The notes under the pieces: generated by a model | Database searches by the model: none | Told to the model about the DNA's origin: nothing | What the model saw: only the letters and a program-made list of their open reading frames with translations | In this document: in pieces, positions 26,403 through 36,000 of the stretch | Layout: each line of letters starts with the position of its first letter | Position numbering within the stretch: position 1 is the stretch's first letter | Origin: Anaerolineales bacterium | GTDB taxonomy: Bacteria; Chloroflexota; Anaerolineae; Anaerolineales; UBA11858 | DNA length: 64,000 nucleotides | Assembly: GCA_028278545.1 (NCBI GenBank) | Contig: JANQED010000132.1 | Location: 218,874 to 282,873 of the forward strand | Direction: 5' to 3' | Made by a program: the position numbers and the translations under genes

Positions 26403-29400
26403 CAGGTTTCCTTATCCATATTTCCGCCGAACAATGACAAAAACTCCTCTACCACAGCGGGATCGAAGTGCGTGCCCGACTGCTCACGGATATATTCCAG
26501 CACTCTTTCTTTCTCCCAGGCTTCACGGTAAGGCCGGTCGGAAGTCAGCGCGTCCCAGACGTCCACAACGGCAAAGATGCGTGCCGGGAGCGGAATTTGC
26601 TCCCCCTTCAAGCCGCGCGGGTAACCTGAACCATCCCATTTCTCGTGGTGGCAGTAGGGGATATCCAACGCCGGACGCAGATACTCAATCTCCGAGAGGA
26701 AGTTATAGGCATGAACCGGGTGCTGGCGCATAACTACCCACTCTTCTTCGGTAAGTTTGCCCGGTTTGAGCAGCACACTGTCGGGGACGCCCATTTTGCC
26801 GATGTCGTGCAACAGCGCGCCGCGGCGCACCTGCACCATCTCCTCCTCACTGATGCCCATCTCCCGCGCCAGCCGCTCGGTCATGGCTGTCACGCGGCGG
26901 GTATGGCCCTCAGTCTCTTCGTCGCGCAGTTCCAACGCTTTCGCCCAGCCCTCCAGGGTAGTATCGTAAGCCAGGGTCAACTCGACATTGGAGCGCTGCA
27001 AATTCTTGAAAAGGTTGGCATTGTCGATGGCGATAGCCGCCTGGGTGGAGATGGCTTTTACCAGTTCCATCCACTCCTCGTCGGGGTCTAGAGAGGAACG
27101 GTGAAAGATCTCGAGCACGCCTTGAATCTGCCCTTTGGCGGTCAGCGGCACACCCAGGTAGGAACTAAAATTCTCGTCTTTCAGCATAGGCGAACGCAAG
27201 AAATCCGTTCGTCCAGTGGTTAGGTCTTTGATATGGACAATTCTGTTCTCCAAGACCGCTCTCCCGGCATGTCCTTCGCCCATCCGCAACCGGGTATGTC
27301 GCAGGGCATCGGTACGGAAGCCGCGCTGAGCGATGAACTCCAGCACCTGAGTGTAGTGATCCAAAAGCAAGATGGCTACTGCGTCTACGTTCAGCCGGGA
27401 AGTGACCTGATCTAGCAAGACATTGAGCGTGACGTTTAGATCGACACTGCCCGATATGGCCAGGTCAATGGCGTGCAGGGCTTGCATATTCTGCAGGCGT
27501 CGGCGGGCTTCTTCGTAGAGACGGGCGTTTTCTAAGGCAACAGCCGCCTGCTGGGCAAAAGCCGCCATGACCTCCTGCTCGGCTTCCGACCAGGTGCGCG
27601 GGGCATCGAAACCGCAACTGACTCCCGCAACCACGCGCCCTTCGTAAACCAGAGGCCACAAACCATTGGCACGGATGCCCTCCTCCTCGGCAAGACGCCT
27701 GTACAGTTCACCCTCTGATAGAGACTGAACATCACGCAGCAAAATTGGTTCGAAAGACTCCCGCAGTCGACTGCCCGGCAACTCCCCGGCACGGCTGACG
27801 ATTTGCTCGACAAAACCCGCCGAAAGGTTGTGGTACCAAAGGCAAGTGATCGCATCAGCGGATATGCGATAATACAACGCCGCCCGGTCAGCGCCGCTGA
27901 GGGCCAGAGCGCCTTTTCCAATCGCGGCAGCCACATCCTCTAGCGTGAAAGAGCGGCTGATTTCCTCGCTGATCTTCGCCAGGCGGCCCATCAATTCGTC
28001 GTGTTCACGGATCTGTGCCTCGGCTTGAACCCGGTCGGTGATATCCTTCCAGGACGAGACAAAATTGATGATCTCACCCTGGGAGTTGAGCAGCGGGGTG
28101 ATGGTCTGGTCAACATGGAAGAGTTCGCCATTTTTCTTGCGATTGATCAGCGTACCCCGGAAGGTTTCCCCAGCCAGAATGGTATCCCAAAGCCGCTTAT
28201 AGAAAGCTTGGTCGTGTGCTGTCGAGCGCACCAGGCGCGGGTTTTTCCCTAAAACTTCGTCGGGCGCGTACCCGGTGATCTCTTCAAAGGCCGGGTTGAC
28301 GTACTGCACAATCCCGTCCTTATCCGTGATAACTACCGCGTCTGCGGTTTGCTCGACTACGCTGGAGAGCTTGCGGCGTTCTGACGAAACCTGGCTGCGG
28401 GTGATCATACCAGCCAGGATAATGGCGACCGCGTTGAGAAAATCTATCTGGCGCTGGTCCTGTTGATGACCCTCGGCGAGAAAGAGCATCAACACTGCGA
28501 TGGTTTTTCCCTCGGAAACCAGGGGAATGGTAAAGTGCCCATGGTCCGGCATATCGTCATAACAGGTCACATGGCGTTCATCCACATGATCGGCGTAGAT
28601 GATCTCCTGGTTTGCAGCCGCCTGACCGCACAAGCACTGCCCAAAGGGAACCCGGTCGCAGCAGGCGTGCATCTCGGAGGGCAGGTTGCGGTGGGCCGTC
28701 AAAACCAGAGTCTGTTCTTCAGCAAGAGCAATGCTGCCAACCGGTTTCAGCGGCAGCCAGGGGATTTCTAATATGGCATCCAGAGCCTGTTCTAACTGCG
28801 CCTGTAGGGGAAGCTCCTGTGAGCCGATTTGCAACAATTCATTTAGCAGGGTTTGTTCCTGATAGCCGCGAGTTATTTCTTTCTGGGCGCGTTTTTGGTC
28901 GCTGATGTCGCGCACTATGGCAGTCACCAGCTTTCCTTCACTGGCCTCCAACGCGCTCAGGCTGATCTCCACAGGGAACTCCCCGCCGTCTTTGTGCTGG
29001 GCAGAGAGTTCCAGGCCACCCCCCATCGGGCGCGTGTGCGAATCAGCATGAAAGCTCCGCCGGTGGGCAACATGCTTTTGGCGCAGCTGTGAGGGAACCA
29101 GGACATCTACAGATAGACCGTGCAGTTCTTCGCGTTTGTAACCAAAGATCTTTTCAGATTGCGCATTGGCGCGTTGGATTAGACCGTCTTCATCCACCAC
29201 CAGGATCGCGTCGGGAGCAGTATCGAAGACGGCGTTGATCTGGCGAACGGCCTGCACACGTTCGGTAACGTCCCGTCCATACAAATTCACGTAACCAGCA
29301 TCTTTGATCGGGGCAATGGTGAAGAGTATGGTCTGTTCCCCGACTGCAATCTCCGTCTCTATGGTTTCGCCAGATTGACTTGCATTCGAGAAGGGCTCCA

Positions 29401-31831
29401 TCATTTTCTCAGGCAGCAAATCGCCTATTTCGCAGCCGCAACTCTCCAATAATGGGTAGCCAGCCGGGTTGGCGTAAAGGATCTCACCATCATTCGTCGC
29501 TCTCAATATCGGGTTGGTGTTTTCATCAGGGAATTTCGCCAGACTCATGACCTCTGCCTGAGCTTGTTCCTGCTCAGTGATATCCTTTGTCACAACTACT
29601 GCGTGGCCAACCTCTCCGCTCTTATCCCGAAATGGCGTATATGTTATTTCCGCACAGCGCAATCCCAGGGTAGGGTATTCAAGCCAGGCCTTTTCATGCA
29701 CCACCTCACCGTTGAAGCAGCGGTCAAAACGTGATCGAATTATGGTTTCAAAAACATCTTCACCCCAAATGTCTGCAACCGTTTGACCAACAATTCCCTC
29801 ACGAGGTTGCCCTTGGGCCCGGCAATAGGCGTCATTGGCGGCTTCGAAAACATAATCTCGATTTACCAGGGTCATCATATCCTGGTTCGTGTTGGCGATG
29901 AACTCATAACGCTGGCGCATGGATTCTAATTCTTTGCGCTCACTGATGTCGCGCACAATGCTCTGGATATAGAGCGGTTGGCTATGTTCATCACGCACAA
30001 GTGTCAAGCTGATTTCCACCGGTACTTGCAAGCCGTCTTTCCTGCGAAATATACGTTCGTAGGCAGGTGGTATTTGTCCGGAAAGCAAAGCGTCCAATTT
30101 GGCTGTGGAGTCAGGATATTCTCGGGGATCAACAATCTCCTCCGCAGACTTGCCGATCAACTCATCCAATTCGTACCCCAGCATATCTGCAGCACGCTGG
30201 TTGGCGTCCAGATGTACCCCGTCCAAACTTAGTATAAACACAGCATCGGGAGAATAATTAAAGAGGGCATCATATCTCCGATTGCTTTCCTGTAGATCTC
30301 TCGCTGCCCTTTTTCGCTCGGTGATATCCTTGGTGATCGTCAACAGGGTTGGCTTCCCATCGATTTCGATGATCTCCGAAGACATCAACACGGTCCCCTC
30401 TTTCCCGGACTTCTTTCGATAGCGCGTTTCATAGTTACGCACCTGCCCTTGTTCCTGCAACAGACCCACGAATTCATCTCTGTCAGCGGGGTCTGCCCAG
30501 ATACTGAACTCTGTGGAGGTGCGACCGATGATCTCCCCCCGGCTGTATCCTGTCGTGCTCAGGAAACTCTCATTGACATCCAGATAACGCCCATCGTCGA
30601 GCGTGCTGATGATCACCGAGTCAGGGCTGGACATAAAAGCTTTGGAAAATTTCTCCTGTGAGGTTTTGATCTCATCGAATAAACGCGCCTGTACAATGGC
30701 AGCCGCCGCTTGAGCTGCCAAGACTTCCAGAGCTGAATAGTCCGTTTCTTGAAAATCCGGCCCCCAAACGGCCAGCAACCCGATCTGATCCTCTTGTGTC
30801 TTCAACGGGATGTATGCCACCGGCATACCGGGCGCAATTCCTACCATGGCAAGGACTTTCTTCAGGACAGCTCTTGGAACGTTTGGAAGCAGTCTGCGAG
30901 TCATCTCAGCCGGATCCGAGAATAACCCACGTCCAAGCCGGAGTTCATCGGGCATCAGGTCATACGGCATACGAAAATTTAGTAGAGAAACTCCGGATAA
31001 CCGCTCAGTTACCGATGATATCTTCGACTCAATTGATGTATATTTGATAAGGATGTCATCATCAGGGGTAGAAAGGCCAATTACGCAGGTGATTCCTATT
31101 TTCTTGAGTTCATTTCCCAAGGTTTTGAAGACATCATCCAGTTTCGTGACCGCCTGTAGCCGCGCGGCAACCTGACTCAAAGCAATGATGAGCTCATTGG
31201 ACCGGATCAGTTCATCCGTTTTATACTGCGTATCTTCATACAAGCGGGCCTGTTCGATAGCAACTGCTGCATGAGCGGCAAACGCGAGTGCCAGGTCGGC
31301 GTGCTCGGTTGTGTAGGCCCCCGGTTGTTCCTTATCGAGGTTTAGCACGCCGATCACGCGCTTGCCAACCGCTAATGGCACGCCCAACCAACTAAGGACC
31401 TTTTCAGACCCCGAAACGCTTCGCCAATGTGGATCGGCGTTCGTATCTGGAATGACAACAGGGACACCCTTCTCGATAACTTCGCGGATATAGAATAAGT
31501 CTTCAAGCTGAGCCGCCTCGATATCCTTGAGGTTGTAACTCAACCCCTGCCCTGCTACAACCTGCAACCGACCACCAGAGAGCAACATCACTGAGACGCC
31601 ATCATAAAACACCAATTTCCCCAGTTGAGTCAAAATTTCGTTCAGCGTCTCTTCTAAGTCATTCGTTTGTGCCAAAGCCAGGGCTGTTCTTTGTAACGAA
31701 TCTGCCGATTGGGCGCGTTTTTGATCTTTGTCCAGCAACTCCCCGCTTAGGGCAATCAGAAGATCAATCTTTTCTTCTGGAGAGTCAATTTGTTCCAGTT
31801 GAGATAATAATCCCTGCATATCTTTGATCAT
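26402..31831 (-). CDS. multi-sensor HD-GYP domain protein (putative c-di-GMP phosphodiesterase)
   Basis: 1809 aa. By eye the order is GAF-GAF-PASx5-GAF-PAS-GAF-GAF, then an intact HD-GYP domain (LLHDIGKMGVP ... HHEKWDGSGYPRGL ... VVDVWDALTSDRPYR). Confidence 0.85.
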   Translation of the reverse strand: MIKDMQGLLSQLEQIDSPEEKIDLLIALSGELLDKDQKRAQSADSLQRTALALAQTNDLEETLNEILTQLGKLVFYDGVSVMLLSGGRLQVVAGQGLSYNLKDIEAAQLEDLFYIREVIEKGVPVVIPDTNADPHWRSVSGSEKVLSWLGVPLAVGKRVIGVLNLDKEQPGAYTTEHADLALAFAAHAAVAIEQARLYEDTQYKTDELIRSNELIIALSQVAARLQAVTKLDDVFKTLGNELKKIGITCVIGLSTPDDDILIKYTSIESKISSVTERLSGVSLLNFRMPYDLMPDELRLGRGLFSDPAEMTRRLLPNVPRAVLKKVLAMVGIAPGMPVAYIPLKTQEDQIGLLAVWGPDFQETDYSALEVLAAQAAAAIVQARLFDEIKTSQEKFSKAFMSSPDSVIISTLDDGRYLDVNESFLSTTGYSRGEIIGRTSTEFSIWADPADRDEFVGLLQEQGQVRNYETRYRKKSGKEGTVLMSSEIIEIDGKPTLLTITKDITERKRAARDLQESNRRYDALFNYSPDAVFILSLDGVHLDANQRAADMLGYELDELIGKSAEEIVDPREYPDSTAKLDALLSGQIPPAYERIFRRKDGLQVPVEISLTLVRDEHSQPLYIQSIVRDISERKELESMRQRYEFIANTNQDMMTLVNRDYVFEAANDAYCRAQGQPREGIVGQTVADIWGEDVFETIIRSRFDRCFNGEVVHEKAWLEYPTLGLRCAEITYTPFRDKSGEVGHAVVVTKDITEQEQAQAEVMSLAKFPDENTNPILRATNDGEILYANPAGYPLLESCGCEIGDLLPEKMMEPFSNASQSGETIETEIAVGEQTILFTIAPIKDAGYVNLYGRDVTERVQAVRQINAVFDTAPDAILVVDEDGLIQRANAQSEKIFGYKREELHGLSVDVLVPSQLRQKHVAHRRSFHADSHTRPMGGGLELSAQHKDGGEFPVEISLSALEASEGKLVTAIVRDISDQKRAQKEITRGYQEQTLLNELLQIGSQELPLQAQLEQALDAILEIPWLPLKPVGSIALAEEQTLVLTAHRNLPSEMHACCDRVPFGQCLCGQAAANQEIIYADHVDERHVTCYDDMPDHGHFTIPLVSEGKTIAVLMLFLAEGHQQDQRQIDFLNAVAIILAGMITRSQVSSERRKLSSVVEQTADAVVITDKDGIVQYVNPAFEEITGYAPDEVLGKNPRLVRSTAHDQAFYKRLWDTILAGETFRGTLINRKKNGELFHVDQTITPLLNSQGEIINFVSSWKDITDRVQAEAQIREHDELMGRLAKISEEISRSFTLEDVAAAIGKGALALSGADRAALYYRISADAITCLWYHNLSAGFVEQIVSRAGELPGSRLRESFEPILLRDVQSLSEGELYRRLAEEEGIRANGLWPLVYEGRVVAGVSCGFDAPRTWSEAEQEVMAAFAQQAAVALENARLYEEARRRLQNMQALHAIDLAISGSVDLNVTLNVLLDQVTSRLNVDAVAILLLDHYTQVLEFIAQRGFRTDALRHTRLRMGEGHAGRAVLENRIVHIKDLTTGRTDFLRSPMLKDENFSSYLGVPLTAKGQIQGVLEIFHRSSLDPDEEWMELVKAISTQAAIAIDNANLFKNLQRSNVELTLAYDTTLEGWAKALELRDEETEGHTRRVTAMTERLAREMGISEEEMVQVRRGALLHDIGKMGVPDSVLLKPGKLTEEEWVVMRQHPVHAYNFLSEIEYLRPALDIPYCHHEKWDGSGYPRGLKGEQIPLPARIFAVVDVWDALTSDRPYREAWEKERVLEYIREQSGTHFDPAVVEEFLSLFGGNMDKET

Positions 31832-32275
31832 CTATCCCATCCTTTTATGTAACCGCTACCATGTCATAAAAGAATATCCACTATGGGTTTTCACAAAATA
31901 ATAATACCACCTAATAGCGATGCACTAGTACCCAGGCCATATTCGAGATTGCAAATTTGTTAGGCAGATGCAAGTTTTACTGACCAACTCTAGACGGAAA
32001 CTCGAAATCAAATGGCTTCTACCTTTCTGGGAGCCACCGTCGCCATATTTTCACATTCGGTAGCTTATGTCAAGGCCTAGATTGGGCAGCAAACTACCTG
32101 CCGCCAATTGAAACACTGGTTTTGGCATGTCTATTGCACTCAGTTAGAAGTGATAAAATGGCCGATTGTGCAGTTTTTCGCAATAGTGTTAAACTTCATC
32201 GAGCCAAATAAGACTCTCCAGATAACTTGGGATCGACCCGCCAGCCTTGTCTAGACGACATAGCGTTCATGGTAG

Positions 32276-32449
32276 AATTCAATCAGTAAGGCATTACCAG
32301 AGCGTGTACCTGTCATCGCCATGACAGCTAACGTTATAAAGGGAGATCGAGAGCACACCCTTGACGCCAGCTATGATGAGTATATCCAAAAACCTGTTGG
32401 TGTAGCGGCCCTCCCCAGGCAAATCGCTCAATACTTTCGAGAGGCATGA
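32276..32449 (+). pseudogene. remnant of a response-regulator receiver domain (C-terminal third only)
   Basis: The frame containing 32291 reads ..SKALPERVPVIAMTANVIKGDREHTLDASYDEYIQKPVGVAALPRQIAQYFREA*. This covers beta4 (PVIAMTA), beta5 with the conserved Lys (YIQKP) and alpha5. A stop lies at 32273..32275, and no beta1-beta3 or phospho-Asp segment is seen upstream. Its stop overlaps the ATG of the next gene (ATGA). Confidence 0.55.
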
Positions 32450-32901
32450 ACGTGAACCAAAGTGCTCCTGAGACTCAAGAGAGACCAGCAAATTCCAGAG
32501 ATATCCCCAAAGACACGACCGTTTTGGTAGTGGAAGACAATGTCTCCAACTTCGTGCTCATCGCCAGGATGTTGGGTTATATGGGGATACACTGCGAGTG
32601 GAAAACCTCCGGCTACGAGGTCGTCGAATATGCAGACACCCTCCCGCGTCTCGATTTGATCCTGCTAGATATCCGCTTGCCATACGAAGATGGGTACAGC
32701 GCGCTGAAAAAGATCAAAACATCGAGCATCCTCCGGGACATACCCGTGGTAGCTGTTACAGCAGAAGCCAGCGTTAAAGAGATGAACAAGGCAAGAGAAG
32801 CACACTTCGACGGATTCATCGGCAAACCTCTCGACCCAGACCGCTTTCCTGATCAAATCCGCCGCATCCTGGCTGGCGAACCCGTTTGGGAGTTCGAATA
32901 A
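32446..32901 (+). CDS. stand-alone response regulator receiver protein
   Basis: TVLVVEDN, LILLDIRLP (phospho-Asp), VVAVTAEAS and GFIGKP motifs. No output domain. Confidence 0.85.
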   Translation: MNVNQSAPETQERPANSRDIPKDTTVLVVEDNVSNFVLIARMLGYMGIHCEWKTSGYEVVEYADTLPRLDLILLDIRLPYEDGYSALKKIKTSSILRDIPVVAVTAEASVKEMNKAREAHFDGFIGKPLDPDRFPDQIRRILAGEPVWEFE

Positions 32902-33016
32902 TTCTGAGCACACTGTATCTCTCCCTTTATTGGAATCGGTTTACAAGTCATCTAGGTGGGAATGACAAAAGAATTGTAATGCTAGACACATCTTACAAGC
33001 GATAGAGGAGTCCGGC

Positions 33017-36000
33017 ATGTCACAAGCTATTCCTGCATCAACCCCAGATTTCCGCGGGAAACTAGCGCGTAAGATGCTTACCGTATTGATTCCAATTTCT
33101 CTGGTGCCGCTGTTGATCATGGGTGGCATTGCTTATGTGCGCTCGCGCCAAATCCTAGTCAACCAGATTGAAAACACTCTCGTATCGATTGAGAAGCATC
33201 AACGATCAGAAATCGATATTTGGATCGAGGCCAGAAAAGAGAGGGTCAACGAGTTCTACTTCGACCCAACAATCGTTGAAGCATTCCAGACAGTCAACCA
33301 ACTGAGCAATAGCGAGAATCCCCGATTTAATGCAGCGCGCGAACTCATCCTGACCAGCTTAGAAGAGATCAACGCAACCGAGGATCTTATCCACCAATTT
33401 TTTGTGATTTCGTCGGATGGGAAGATATTAGTTGCATCAAACCAGCACTACGAAGGTACACAGCTCATTGATACACCTTATTTTGAGCAGCTCTCCACCG
33501 AACACGCACTTCTGGCGGTATACAAACCCGAACCTATCTATCATTCTCTGGCTATCATAGCAGCTAGGCCATACTACACAATAGACGGAGAACACCTAGT
33601 CACCATCTGGGGGCTAACAGGGTTTTCTCATTTTGAAGCGCTCTTCAACGACTTTAGTTTCCTCGGCATAAGAAACTACATCATCACCGAAGATGGCTCG
33701 TACGTAGGCATGGGTTCCAACATAAAAGAAGATACCGATGGCCCAGTTTTTCAACCCAGCGCTGAACAAACACAACTTTTTGCTTCTAAGCAATATGACA
33801 CGAGCAGCAATGTGGTCGAATTCACGTCTTTCGACGGCCAAGAAGTCATGGCGGCTTATATGCCAATCCCAGAGCTAAAAGCCGACTTGGTGATCGAAAT
33901 CCCGACCACAAACATCATCCAACAACTCCAAAACTTGCCCTACTTCGGCGTTTTGTTGGCGTTCACCATCCTGATTTCTGGCTTGCTGACCTGGGTTGGT
34001 ACACGCAGGATCGTTCGACCCATCTTGGAAGTAGTGGCTTCAGCCGAACACTTTTCAGAAGGTGACTGGCAAAAACGTGCCCTGGTAAATAGCGATGATG
34101 AAATCGGCCTTCTAGCATATTCCTTCAACCAAATGGCCGATGAGCTCAGCACACTCTACCGCACATTGGAAACACAGATCATCACCCGCACCCAACAGGT
34201 ACGCACAACCTCAGAAATTACTCAAATCGCCACCTCTGCAACAGATCTTGACACCTTGCTGCAACAGGCAATCAGACTTATTGTCGAGCGGTTCGGTTAT
34301 TATTACGCCGCTATCTATCTGTTAGATGAGGCCAAAGAGAACGCCGTGTTAAAAGATGCTTTCTCCGTGATTGAGGGGGGGCAAATGCAGCTAGGATCTC
34401 AGAGATTGCCAGTGGGTGAAGGGTCTATTATCGGTCAGGTATCCGCAACCAATCAATTTTATGTCGCAGCAGATGTTTCCGAAGATCCTTACTATCTTCC
34501 AGTGTCTGATTTACCGGATACCCGTTCTGAGGTCGTCATTCCCCTCAGCGTGGGCGACAATGTCATCGGTGTTCTAGACGTACAGAGCCATCGGGTAAAC
34601 GCATTCGAGGCCGACAGCATAGCCACATTACAAACACTGGCCAATCAAATTGCCACGGTGCTCCAAAACTTCCACTTGCTGGAGTTTGCCCGAGTTGACC
34701 TGCGGGCAACTTCAGCGCTATACCAGGCCAGCCATACCATTGCCGAAGCCGAAACAAGCATAGATGTTTTACAAGCACTGGTAGCCACGCTGGGACAAAC
34801 TCCGTTCATCTCCGCGCTCTTCCAGGTAGAGGAAGACAGTCTAATTAGTCTGTCAATGGCAGACCCAGTCCGGGGAGTAGATATACCCCAAACGGCGTCC
34901 ACTATCCCCATATCGGCCCATGAAATGGCAGAAATCTTCGAGAATACAGCACTCGTGATAGGGACCGAAAGCGATCCCACCGAGAACTTCCCAAGCAAAC
35001 TATTGGATGTGCCGCGCAAACTTGGATGTCAAAGCTTTGCTTTTCTGCCGATCATGCCCAACAAACAGCTAGAAGCCTTGCTCGTTCTGGGAGCTGTCGA
35101 TATCACCAGGCTCACCCGCATTGCACTAGAACCGTATATCAGCTTGGCAGAAATCACCAGAACAGCCCTGGAAAAAGTGGACGCTCTGGAAAGAATCCAG
35201 CAACGCCTGGTTGAGCTAGAAACAATAAGCAAAGTCGGGCAAACCATATCGACAGAAATCGACCTCAACTCTCTTTATGATGTCATCTATCGCCAGATCA
35301 CTCGCGTAATGGGAGACGTCGTTTTTCTAATTGCTGCATACCATGCCGAAAAAAACATGATCGAGGTGCCATATTTGGTTGAAGAGGGTGAGGTCAACTC
35401 CATAGACCCATTCCCATTTGGCCAGGGCTTATCTTCGATCGTCATACGCACCCAGCAACCCCTGATGCTGGTGGAAGACACCGCCAACCGCAGCCAAGCC
35501 TTGGGAGCCGTGGTCACTGAGAGCGGATTTCCAAAATCCTGGCTGGGGGTGCCGCTCATGGTCGCAAATCAATGTATTGGTGCAATTGCCGTCCAGGATT
35601 TGGAACATGAGCACCGTTTCGGGGATGATGATATTCGCTTGCTGGGTACCCTGGCATCACAGGTCGCCATTGCAATCCGCAACGCCCGCCTGTTCGAGCA
35701 AATTCGAACTCGGAGCACCCAGCTCCAAACTGCCGCCGAAATCTCTCGAGCCGCCAGCAGCATTCTGGAACCCAATCCACTGCTCCTGCAGGCGGTAAAT
35801 CTGATCCGAGATCGCTTTGATTTGTATTATGCCGGTATCTTCATCATCGACGAAGATGGTTCTCTTACAGGTGAAACTGGACGCTGGGCCGTACTGCGTG
35901 CTGGCAGCGGGGAAGCTGGTCGAATCCAGGTGGAACAGGGCCACAAACTTGAAATCGGGGAAGAATCCATGATCGGCCAGTGTATCGTCTCTTCCCAAGC

